A stretch of 64,000 nt of DNA from Phoronis australis (lineage: Eukaryota > Animalia > Phoronida). Below the pieces are notes generated by a model. It searched no databases and was not told where the DNA came from. It worked only from the letters and a program-made list of their open reading frames with translations. Every line of letters begins with the position of its first letter. Within the stretch, counting starts at the first letter, position 1. Shown piece by piece: positions 54,301 through 64,000 of this stretch. The DNA is taken from positions 919,972 to 983,971 of the forward strand of contig NMRA01000037.1 in the NCBI GenBank assembly GCA_002633005.1. Direction: 5' to 3'. The position numbers and the translations under genes are program-made.

Positions 54301-57300
54301 AGCACAGTATCTGACAGTTTCATATGAATCCAATCCGCCATTTCTGAGATGTGAAGTTCAGAAGTCAGCCAAATTTGGCCATTTTTCTAAAGTGTTACTT
54401 TATTATAGATTACATATTAACCTTAACACCAGGCGTGCGTTCAGTAACGCTAGGGCCTAGCTAAAATCTAGCGAAAGTCACGTGTTCTCATTTAAAATAC
54501 ACGGCAATATCTCTCGTAATCTCACAAAGTCTTGCTTTTTAGCGAGGTCCTAGCGTTACTGATCAGGAGGTCGACCTATTAAAAGTTGGTTGTTATGGCG
54601 GGTTAGTTTCAGTCATTAAGGCAATGTGACGGTCACAGGAATTCCAGGAGATATATTGTCAGTGAACTGCAGTTTAAAGAATAAAAACAGGACATTGTTT
54701 TGGAAAATAAAATAAGGCTCAGAAAAGAAAAACACAGCAACCACGCACAAATTTAGAACTTTCATTTGTCATACAATTCAGCCTTTACAATATTCTTAAA
54801 TGCTCATCTATTTTTCTCCTCATTCTCAACATACAAATTGGCGTCATCAAAATGTAATCTTCAAAAGAAAAATTTCACGGCAGATTCTACCAAAGTCGTA
54901 AAAACAACGAGAACGAATATGGAATTTAAAGTACCTGGCTTAAACACCATAGCCTGCCACTTACAAAGTAACCTACCTGGTGCCAAGTGACACCAACAAC
55001 ACCTTAAAGCAGGAAAAACAGTAATTACAACGAATGGCGGTGTCCCAGAGACCCAAGACAGAGATGAGAAAAGCTAGTGCAATCACTAGGTGGATATAGA
55101 TCCTAATAACCCATTGCATGCTGGAACATTTTCTGCAAATAACGAGCACTTCATTCTGAATTGACCACCACAGTCATCACGCTATACCCTTCGAGCATAA
55201 GACACCTTGAGGGACATAGATGTGTTTAAATCCTTCTATCCAACTCAAACAGATACTCCGGCAATAAACATTCTTAACAGTCCTTCAACCCGTCAATGAA
55301 ATTGAACAATATTATAGTCAATGTACTGAAGGTCAACAGAAAATGTACAGATGGTTATGAAGGGGTCAACTGTATGCCAGTCACGTTGATAGCATGGGAA
55401 CTTATTTCGACCCTTTAAAACTTACCTTCAATATACACCATGCGTAAAGAAGTTAGCACTGCGTGTGCCATTACAAAGGTACATAGGAGTCCGTCGAGGT
55501 TCGCAATTTTGCCACTGCATGATACATAATTATCTCCCTTGACTTCGGTCGGGATCAGAAAATGAATGATCAACGGTCAAGCAGCAACCAAACACAGGGA
55601 TGGATATATGTAACACCTAGTGGAAACCTCGCTTATCGATTAATGGTGTACGCAATACTCCCTTCTTTACTTATGATGTAAACTATGACTTCTAAATGAT
55701 CAAAATAAGCTGCCATGACCAAGAGGAGGCAGCACAGATGGGAGATGAAAGACCTGTCCAACTCCAAGGCCAAGTTCTGGCAATAGATTGAGTGAAGCTA
55801 GTATAACAGGGCTCGACATAAATGATAGTCCAATCATCTGTAGGCCCGGACAAGCCCATAGTAAAGCTGCTTGTCCAACAGGACAATTTAGCACAATTGA
55901 ACTCTGGTGAAAAATTATAAAAAGCATGCAAGATATTTAGTGCAAAAAAATAGCAGCTACGGATGCTTGCTTAGCAATGAAATCATCAGTAATTTCAATT
56001 CGGCGACATGTTGATTACAGAAACTGAAACTTTTATTAATGATGATACTTTTCTCAAAATGCAAGCTGGTTCCCATTAATTGTGTTTAATCCAGAGAGTG
56101 TCTGAAACCATGCAGTTCACTCATGAACCCATAAGGTATATGTTTATTCATTTGCACTTGAAAAAATTTCTACTTTAAAACCTAGTAATAGTCGAATACT
56201 ACTGGTAGTACATGGGTCCTTGATTTGAGAACCAGTTACTCCCACTGAATCAAGCCTATTATTCAGTGGTAGTAACTGGTTCTCAAATCAATCAGGGAAG
56301 ATCTTACCTAATATCCTATCTTTTTAATCAGTGACTTAAATGGATTTACCAAAGGAATTAATGAAGAAATCAAGCAAAAATATTAAACACAAAGAAGACA
56401 TGAATTTCTTCAATGTCAATGGTTGAACAAATACCGGTAGGTAGGGTTTGACTGCAATTGACAAAAGAGTACTATATCATAGTCATACTATTATACTGTC
56501 AGAGGTCATAAAGTTGTGAGTGCCCGAAAGTCGTGAATGACCTAATTTCCACTTCTGCACGGTCCCGCGACATCTAGCCTTGAAGTTTCCAGCTATTGTC
56601 TGCTTACGAATGTCAAACGAATACCTGAACGTGTTGATATTCACAATATGAAAATAAACAGTGAGTGGGTGGCTTCTTTTGACAAATGTATTTTAAAACA
56701 GCATATTTCACTAATCCCTATTTTCGAAACTAAACATCGCACTCCAGGGGTGGCTTGAACAATGTATCAAAATGTCCCAGGGTCGATCAAGTTTTGTAAA
56801 GCCAAAGCAATAAAATACAGAGATAATTGATCCTGGGTTCTTAGCGTTTTACGTAAACAACCTCATTGAAAATGTCTGTGCACATCGAAGTTAGGTGCAA
56901 AACACAAAACAATTTATTTCAATTGAAACTGAATTAAAAAACAATGCAAGGTTTTTTTGATGTTGTCTAGAGTAACTGTAAGCACTGTAGTTGATTTGTG
57001 TGGTCTTATTTCATGCATTTTTGTCAAAATGAAACAGTCAAGACTTTAGGGCCTCATTCAAAATGGCCCGCGATGTCAGCGACGATTTCAAAACCCTGCT
57101 TACGGAGACAAACAAGGGTTAAGATTGGGAAAACACGTATATCTGTGAAGGCTGATATATGTCCATGACATCACATGAGCAATTGCTAACATACACTTGG
57201 TAGTATAACACTCAGCTGCTTTTCATGCTTATATTCACGACTTTAGGTCACCACTACAGTACCAGTGACGCCGTTGGCGTTGTCTACTAATATTAGTCGG

Positions 57301-57620
57301 GAGTCAGGACAAGTAATATTTCGCACTGTGTGTGAGCATATGCTTCGTCTGTTTTTTGCATGGCAATACCTCACAAAGGCTTGCGATGTAGCGGTTTCGC
57401 GAGTGCATTGCCTCAACGGAGCAGGCACCAGGTAGTACCTGACAGGTGAGGCATACCCTGCCACCAACGACGCAAGTCGGTTAACCCACAACTTCACAAG
57501 TCAAATGGGCCAGTCTTGCTAACTGTCCTAATCGTCACATCAATCAATACTTACCCAGAATATGAAGTTGAATATGAAGACACAATACTTCAGGCATCTC
57601 AAACAACTCCCTAATGCCAT
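45384..57620 (-). CDS. Tetraspanin B (263 aa, 6-Cys large extracellular loop), complete CDS
   Basis: Exons on minus: 57620-57555 MALGSCLRCLKYCVFIFNFIFW; 50173-49970 LLSIGLLGVGIWLRVD..SFLGCCGAYQESVVLLGF; 49169-49095 FFGLLVIVFLGEVGGGIYAYTQKDE; 48258-48157 IAESFKK..AIDWVQQE (AAG acceptor); 47877-47698 LECCGGDDMDDW..VPDSCC..HCP..IFGD; 46576-46493 GCGPKVVDFFRTHFDAVIGAVLGIAGIE; 45464-45384 LLGMTASMLLFCGLQRVDMLDDDDDI*. All introns are GT-AG and phase 0. Confidence 0.95.
46265..46383. repeat. Degenerate 17-bp minisatellite (ATCACATGGCYAYCAGT-like), about 7 copies
   Basis: Direct read; lies in the last intron of tetraspanin B. Confidence 0.8.
54432..54562. mobile_element. CAGTAACGCTAGG MITE, copy 3
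   Basis: TCAGTAACGCTAGGGCCTAGCTAAAA...TTTTAGCGAGGTCCTAGCGTTACTGA. Confidence 0.75.
56213..56291. mobile_element. Hairpin mini-MITE, GAGAACCAGTT family, copy 3
   Basis: Near-perfect palindrome TTGATTTGAGAACCAGTTACT.CCACTGAAT..ATTCAGTGG.AGTAACTGGTTCTCAAATCAA. Confidence 0.7.
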
Positions 57621-58109
57621 ACTGTGATAAGGCGATGTGAAATGTTCTCAAACTTAGTTGAAAATTTCACAGGTACGCTTTGAAACCCAAATGAGTCAAT
57701 ACGGATATAAGCGAAAATATACCATCGAACTGTTTTCTTTTGCCGCGATCAATCAAATCAATCACAATAATCATTTAATACAGAAAATAAAAAGAATAAG
57801 GGACAATTTAAGTGGATTAATACATAAATGAATCTTAATGATGGTTGATATTAAACTGAATCTACTGTTCGTTTGTAATATTTTTTAAGATCACAACATG
57901 GATGGAGAAAAAACGTGAATCGTGTTCCAGCCAATAGTGAAGAGGTAAACTGTTAAGTGAACACTGGTAAACGCGTTTAACTTCTATTTTAGCTATTTTA
58001 CACAGTATACGGTACTTTTGTGATGGGGTTAACTGAGTTTTGGAGCGAATCTGCGGTATCCTCTGCCAGGTCGGTCCTGCTAAACCGAGTCCTAGAGCTG
58101 CCATCAGTC

Positions 58110-59064
58110 TAGGCAATGACTATCGCTTCTGACTTTTCTGTTGGCCCGAACCAGAGGCAGAGGCGATGCAGAGGCTATAGCCTTATAGGCGCTCTGTACG
58201 CCGGAAGCTTTTCGGCGAATTATGCCTCGCACCGACTAAACCACGAAAGTCACGTTGTTATAAATACCTTTTGCGCATAGAGGAACACCTGAGGAGGTTG
58301 TCGATGTGTTTAATTCCTTCCAACTCGAACAAATACTCCCATCATTATCAAACTTTTTCTTCGAGCAGTCCCTATTTCAGTTCCCAAAATCGTGAACTCA
58401 CCATTTTTATACTGCGCACGCTCCAATTTTTACCGCGCTCGCTAGGTGATGTGACTTCATGACCTCAATCTTTAAATAGGCCTAAGGTGAGCCATTGCGG
58501 TCTTGTCAGCCAAATGTTCGTTTCCAAAATGCCACCACTTATACTTGTCTTTAATTGGCGTTCTTTGAAACTGATTATATTTCAATGACTTATTGTTTGT
58601 ATTTGATAAAAATTAATGCTGTTGATATGACATTTAATAGTCTTTGTGCACATAGCTGACATTTTATTGTTTAACAACACGGCAAATGCACGTCTGGTTC
58701 CCGGCAGCACGTACGCGAAGGGCGGGAACTTCAGCTTTCAAAGTTCGCCGGTAGGTCCGCAACTTCTGACCTTCGGCCTGGTTAAAAAAATAAAAATGTT
58801 GATTTCACGATTTTGGGAACTGAAATAGGGACTGCTCGAAGAAAAAGTTTCATAACGGGAGTATTTTTTCGAGTTGGAAGGAATTAAACACATCGACAAC
58901 CTCCTAAGGTGTTCCTCTATGCGCAAAAGGTATTTATAACAACATGACTTTGATGGTTTAGTCGGTGCGAGGCATAATTCGCCGAAAAGCTTCCGGCGTA
59001 CAGAGCCCCTATAGCATCTGCATCGCCTCTGCTTCGGGCCAACAGAGGCGATGGTCATTGCCTA
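58110..59064. mobile_element. Non-autonomous Mutator-like (MULE)/foldback element, 955 bp
   Basis: ~280-300-bp terminal inverted repeats (58110-~58410 and ~58790-59064, beginning TAGGCAATGAC), flanked by a perfect 9-bp duplication CCATCAGTC (58101-58109 and 59065-59073). Confidence 0.9.
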
Positions 59065-60282
59065 CCATCAGTCCGGCAATGAATCATGAATGAGTCAACT
59101 GGCAATCCTATAGCTATAGCCAGCCAGCTAGCTGTATGAAGACTATCGTCAAAATACAGCTATGTATGTGTTTTTTTCCTTAGACCCTGAAATTGCACAC
59201 AGCCAGGGTAGTTCTGCTCGTCAACTCGCCATGAAACCTGTATATACATGTAGAGCTAAACACTGGACAGGGTGCATGCAAAATCTGGGATATCAAAAGA
59301 CACTGACCTTACCCGTTAAAGCGTTACAGCCGTTTAAGTGGAAAACAATCTAATAAGCATCGTCTTCTTGTGTAATCCTCTGTCATTTATAACAAAGAAA
59401 AGTTATATCATCATTTTGAAAACAATACGCTCGTGACATGCATACGCGCCATTCCTTAATTTTTGCGACAGCAGCAGCAAAATTTCTTTTGAAATTCGTT
59501 TTTTCGGTATCAAAATTCTAAAAACTTATAATTAAATGAAACCAGTTCCGATAATTTGTTGTGATATCTACGTAACCTCTTGGAAGAAGAACAGTTGATT
59601 GAAGAATCGGCGAAAAAAGAAACTGGTCAATAGGTGACGCAATCATGGCGCCGAAAGCCGTCACTAAAGACCGTTCCACAACTTTAGCAGCAGAATAACG
59701 ATAGAACGCCATTTTTTCCAACACCGCTAAATAATTTAGTTTACTCAAGGAAGACTGAAGTTTTTAATGACACCAATTTTGTGTCAGATTTTATCTTACC
59801 ACTTCTTTGCCCACATTGGTGCAAAGCTGTATATTGTAGTATACAGCTTTGTACTAAGGCTAAGTCAATCCCAGCCCCTGGCCCAGGCATTGTCGCGGTA
59901 ATGGATGGCCGCACGGTACGCCATGGTAGGTAATTACATCGCTTGTGGATGCCTGCTGCATTCACAGGCGATCGCCTATCCCCATAGAAAGTTACTCATC
60001 ACACAATACAGGGAATGGCATTCATTGAAACATGCATATACACGTTGAATCACAATTTACATATACCATACCGTGATGTGAGAGACAATTTAGTGAACAT
60101 AATTTGATCATGTCCGTGAAAATCTATCGGGGTTCGTGCGAGCTTTGCGGGAACAGGCCCCAGGCCTATAACTTAAAAACATGCCTTTTCTACATGCCTG
60201 AAAATGGCGTTATTTGAAGTTCCTATAGTTTCTGGGAATGCAGTTTTCCTAATTTGTGTCTCTTACTCTGTTTAGGTACGCG

Positions 60283-61756
60283 ATGGTGAGGAATTTATCC
60301 AGACTTGCGTCTCGACTTTTGTTGAGATTCAACAACTCTTGTCCAAACTTAAGGTCCCAACATGAGGGCTTCCTAGGATCCCACATGCCAGACCCCGACA
60401 CTAATGATGTAGAGCATTCAACTCACAGGGATCTGCACAAACCCGTTTGTTTGACTGAAGCCATCGACTATGTAGGGCCAGTGAATGGAAGGGTATGCAT
60501 TACTCTCTTCTGTTTCGCACGCTTTTAGTATTGTACCATCGATTGAAGATCCAGAATTAAATGTATGATTTAGAAGTCTGTGTTGTTTTACTGGCATTGA
60601 AGGCTATGATTGGTGAACAGCTGCTGTATACACAACCTCCTGTAGTCTCTATTGCACAGGTTACACTCAGTGGGTGTGACATTAGGAAGATAGAGCATGT
60701 TGCTGGATTTGGACTAGAGTTAGAAAATCATAGCTTCAGACACTCTGCCTGATTGTCCAACAGACACTACCTGGTGGCTTATTGCTGCTGGTGATGCCAA
60801 GGATGGCAGTACTGTCACTAATCGCCGAAACTGTAATCATCTCTGGTTGGCAGATTAGGAGGGTAGTGTCTTACAACTTGCAAGCTGTATCTTGTCTGCC
60901 ATATTTTGGGTAATGGTGGGATATAAGGTGCCCGAATTTTGAGAACCAGTTTTCTCCACTAAATAATGTGCATCAAACTGGTTCTCAAAATACTGGCACG
61001 TTATTGTGCTCTAAGTCAGTGAAGAATTTCCTTAGTTTATGTCAAAGTTTGTTTGCTTTACATTTTCACATTTTTGTAATATTTTAGCTCTATATCGACA
61101 TGACGTTTGGTGCTGGTGGACACTCCCAAGAGATCTTGAGGAGAGCGCCTGGTGCCAGGCTGGTATGTCTTGACAGAGACCCTCTGGCTTACAACATGGC
61201 ACAGGCTTTGGCTAGCCACTACCCTAGGTACTATGATTGAAACTGGAATTTTAAGTTCTAAATTGAAAATTTGAGTTCAAGGTTGGTTATGGTGAAAATT
61301 ATTCAATTTGTGTCGAAAGTAATTGCTAAAATTGCCGTTTGTCAGTTGTTAAAGGTTAGTTCTCTGCAAGTGCTTAGAATTGCATCAAGTGTTATTTGAC
61401 TGCTGCACAGTAAAACCAGTCATAAGGAAAGTATTATTTCACACTTATTTTATGGAGAAATTTCTCAGAACGAAATTCACTTTTTTGCCCGATTGCATCC
61501 CAAACCATAACCCTAGATTCTGGATTACTTTGTCATCTTTAACTTTGGCATTTTTGTCTTCAAGTGGGCAAGTTCTTGCCGTCAATGGGAAGTTCACCGA
61601 CTTGCCGTCTTTGCTGAAAGTTCATGGAGTGTCACCTGGTTCTATGGATGGCTTCTTGTTTGATTCGGGTGCCTCATCAATGCAGTTTGACACATGTCAG
61701 AGAGGCTTCTCCTTATCAAAAAATGGCCCTCTAGACATGCGCATGGACGGGAATAG
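60283..61756 (+). CDS. METTL15: Mitochondrial 12S rRNA N4-methylcytidine methyltransferase (RsmH/MraW family), first three coding exons; the gene continues beyond the window
   Basis: Exons 60283-60492 (Arg/Leu/Ser-rich presequence [16 protein letters not shown].., then [10 protein letters not shown]), 61088-61227 ([17 protein letters not shown]) and 61565-61756 ([32 protein letters not shown]). Splice phases are consistent (0, 2, 2) and the diagnostic RsmH motifs are present. Confidence 0.95.
60928..60999. mobile_element. Hairpin mini-MITE, GAGAACCAGTT family, copy 4
   Basis: GTGCC..TTTTGAGAACCAGTTT...AAACTGGTTCTCAAAA..GGCAC. Confidence 0.6.
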
Positions 61757-62562
61757 GTAACTACCCTGTTTGTTCAAACTGAGTCTCCAAACGCCCCCTG
61801 TTGACTTTCCCATTCACCAGCGCTGACTCCAAACAGGGCTGCAGCTTTATCAAGGAATTATTGTGATGTTTCCAAAACTTTGGAAAATAGAATGTAGAAG
61901 AAACTTTCAGTGTGGGAGGGCAAAATACTCATTGGAGGGGACAGTAATAACTATTTTCTCTATTTGGTACACTCATAGAAAAATAAATGTATTTTATTAT
62001 TTATTTATTCATTCATTAATGTAATATTTACAATGAGGGTATCCCCATCAGTTCACACTGCTTTCCATGGGGGCCCTCTTTTCTGGTTATATTTCATTTC
62101 TTTTCGTCCCTGTGGTATTAACAAATCAATTGTCTACCGCCTTTGGCTCACAGGTTTTAACGGTGACATTATACCAAAATTTGTAGCGTAACGTGTGCGC
62201 CAGACCCAGTGAATGGATGGTGAAAATTATCCCATTTTGGACAGTCTGTAAAATTTGGGACGTCAAAATTGAAGGTGAAGTTGCATTTTCTTGATTCTGA
62301 ATATTGGAACATGGGCAATTTTGACGTGCGTCATATTTTTCTAATATTGGATGCTAGGAGTATGAAAATGGACTTAACAGCCCATAAAATAATTGGAAAT
62401 AATGCATGTGCCAGGGTAGAAAGCATGTAGTGATATGACGAGTTTTCGAATAAAGAACTGCTCTTGAAATGTTTGGTTTCCATGGAGTTATATTTGATGC
62501 ATAATTTCTAAAGATAGACTTCCTAATGTGACTGTGTACGTGTGAGATTTGTGACCTTTCTT

Positions 62563-62804
62563 CCAATGATTTTAATGTACCAATGATTCTAATGTACCAA
62601 TGATTCTAATGTACCAATGATTCTAATGTACCAATGATTCTAATGTACCAATGATTCTAATGTACCAATGATTCTAATGTACCAATGATTCTAATGTACC
62701 AATGATTCTAATGTACCAATGATTCTAATGTACCAATGATTTTAATGTACCAATGATTTTAATGTACCAATGATTTTAATGTACCAATGATTTTAATGTA
62801 CCAA
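62563..62804. repeat. 17-bp minisatellite CCAATGATTYTAATGTA x14
   Basis: Units ordered 1 T-variant, 9 C-variant, 4 T-variant; lies in a METTL15 intron. Confidence 0.97.
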
Positions 62805-63086
62805 CTTCCAAACCTGTGTGAGAATACCAGTTGACGTGGTTCATCTTCACTTGTACTAGTATACCGGTAAAACGACAGTGATACGTGAAACATCTGCTTG
62901 CTTGCATTTCTAGTTGTATCCAAAATGGCAGTTGCTCCTACACAAGTTTTCCCATGAACAAACTGCTCAATTTCTATGTCATTCCAATCCAGTATGCCCC
63001 GAAGCCAAACTTCATACTTCTTGTCGAAATGATCAAAAATTGCTTTGATCACAGAGTCTGGGGAAGTGTTTCCAGTTTTTATTTAA

Positions 63087-64000
63087 AGGCGAAGGCAACC
63101 TTTTTTCATGTCATTTTGAGCTAAAATAAGGTTGGTTGGTTATCCTAGACATATTTTCCACTTAATTACAGCTTTTCGTAATTTTGTTAATTACTCGTCC
63201 GCTACTCCGGAAGTGACGTTTTAGGAGGCAAGCATTTCGCGCCAATTTCTTTTCATATAGTCTGACTGTGAGAGCTGCCGAGTCAGTCATTGTTCTACCT
63301 CGGTTGTGTTAAGTTACGTCGTCGTTTGCTTTCATTTACTAGTCAGTCAGTATGCTACACTGTTGCTGCGTACCGGAATGTACTAATTATCGTATCACGC
63401 GCACTTTGGGAGTACCTTAGCATCGCTTTCCGATGGATGACACACTTCGCCGTACTTGGCTCGTTCGTGTGAAGAACGCAGCGTTACCCGTCCACGCAAC
63501 GTACAAAGCAGTCGAGAATTACCGTGTGTGTGGCATGCACTTTCTGCCGTCCGATTACGAAAGGGATTTGTACGCTGAACTGATGAAAGTCCCTGTGAAA
63601 CAACGCCTGAAGAAGGATGCCATTCCGTCTGTGTTGATTCCCGGCAGTGCCCCGTCGCCACCCCCGAGAAGTGCGTTTTTAAAGAGAGAAGCCTCGCGAG
63701 CTGTGGCCAGTACAGTGACTGGAGCCAGTGGAGGCACGTCATCCACTGTCAACCGTGCCTCCGAATGTACCCCAGAGCGTGCCACTCCTGGAACCAGTAG
63801 TGATTCGCCCTGTGCTGTTTCCTCCAGCCCAGAGCCTCTAAGCAGCCCTGCAGCGATATTGAGTAGTGGGAGTGATTACAGGCCCAGTTCGACACCCAGT
63901 GAAGAGGACAGTTCGTCGTCCAGTGAACAGAACGGTGAGCCAAACTTTGATAAGTTTATTGTGGACTTGTCTAAAGTGTTGGACTATTTAGAAGGTGCCA
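63087..64000 (+). mobile_element. 5' end of a THAP-encoding DNA transposon, Kolobok-like, in a METTL15 intron
   Basis: TTAA|AGGCGAAGGCAACC candidate terminus, an abrupt rise in GC/CpG, and a THAP reading frame from 63352. Confidence 0.6.
63352..64000 (+). pseudogene. THAP zinc-finger N-terminus of a transposase-like protein with an in-frame stop
   Basis: MLHCCCVPECTN..GVP*HRFP..LRRTW..YRVCGMHFLPSDY..RLKKDAIPSV is a C2CH THAP with the AVP-box. TAG at 63418-63420. It is followed by a Ser-rich linker and KFIVDLSKVLD, with a probable frameshift into LFRRC at the window end. Confidence 0.85.

Noticed and set aside
58271-59058. Two similar ORFs on opposite strands (RIEEHLRRLSMCLIPSNS)
   Set aside because: They are translations of the two terminal inverted repeats of the MULE
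59518-59748. Minus-strand ORF with AAAATGGCG start context (MAFYRYSAAK..)
   Set aside because: No recognisable protein; the motif is equally explained as a YY1-like promoter or repeat word
62563-62804. CRISPR-like array
   Set aside because: Contiguous units without unique spacers, no cas genes, eukaryotic intron
1-64000. tRNA, rRNA or prokaryotic operon features
   Set aside because: No cloverleaf or rRNA signature seen; spliceosomal introns throughout show the RsmH-like gene is nuclear METTL15, not bacterial contamination

Overview
Eukaryotic, AT-rich, repeat-rich animal DNA, most likely a marine invertebrate; the species cannot be determined from this window. Most ORFs in the six-frame track are spurious; the real genes are spliced. 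Hand-built GT-AG models give, in order: the 3' five exons of mitochondrial ribosomal protein MRPL39 (+, 93-3685); two complete tandem tetraspanin genes on the minus strand (7283-16745, 258 aa; 45384-57620, 263 aa) with the same 7-coding-exon, all-phase-0 layout; and the 5' three coding exons of the mitochondrial 12S rRNA m4C methyltransferase METTL15 (+, 60283-61756). A decayed THAP-domain, Kolobok-like transposon starts inside a METTL15 intron at the window end. Non-coding DNA carries many MITEs, including a Mutator-like foldback element with a perfect 9-bp target-site duplication (TSD) between the divergent tetraspanin B and METTL15 starts. It also carries minisatellites, hammerhead-like remnants and two haplotype-overlap assembly artefacts. 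The best leads are a possible hidden or decayed tetraspanin-like unit in intron 1 of tetraspanin B and a duplicated splice acceptor in tetraspanin A. No novel system is demonstrated.
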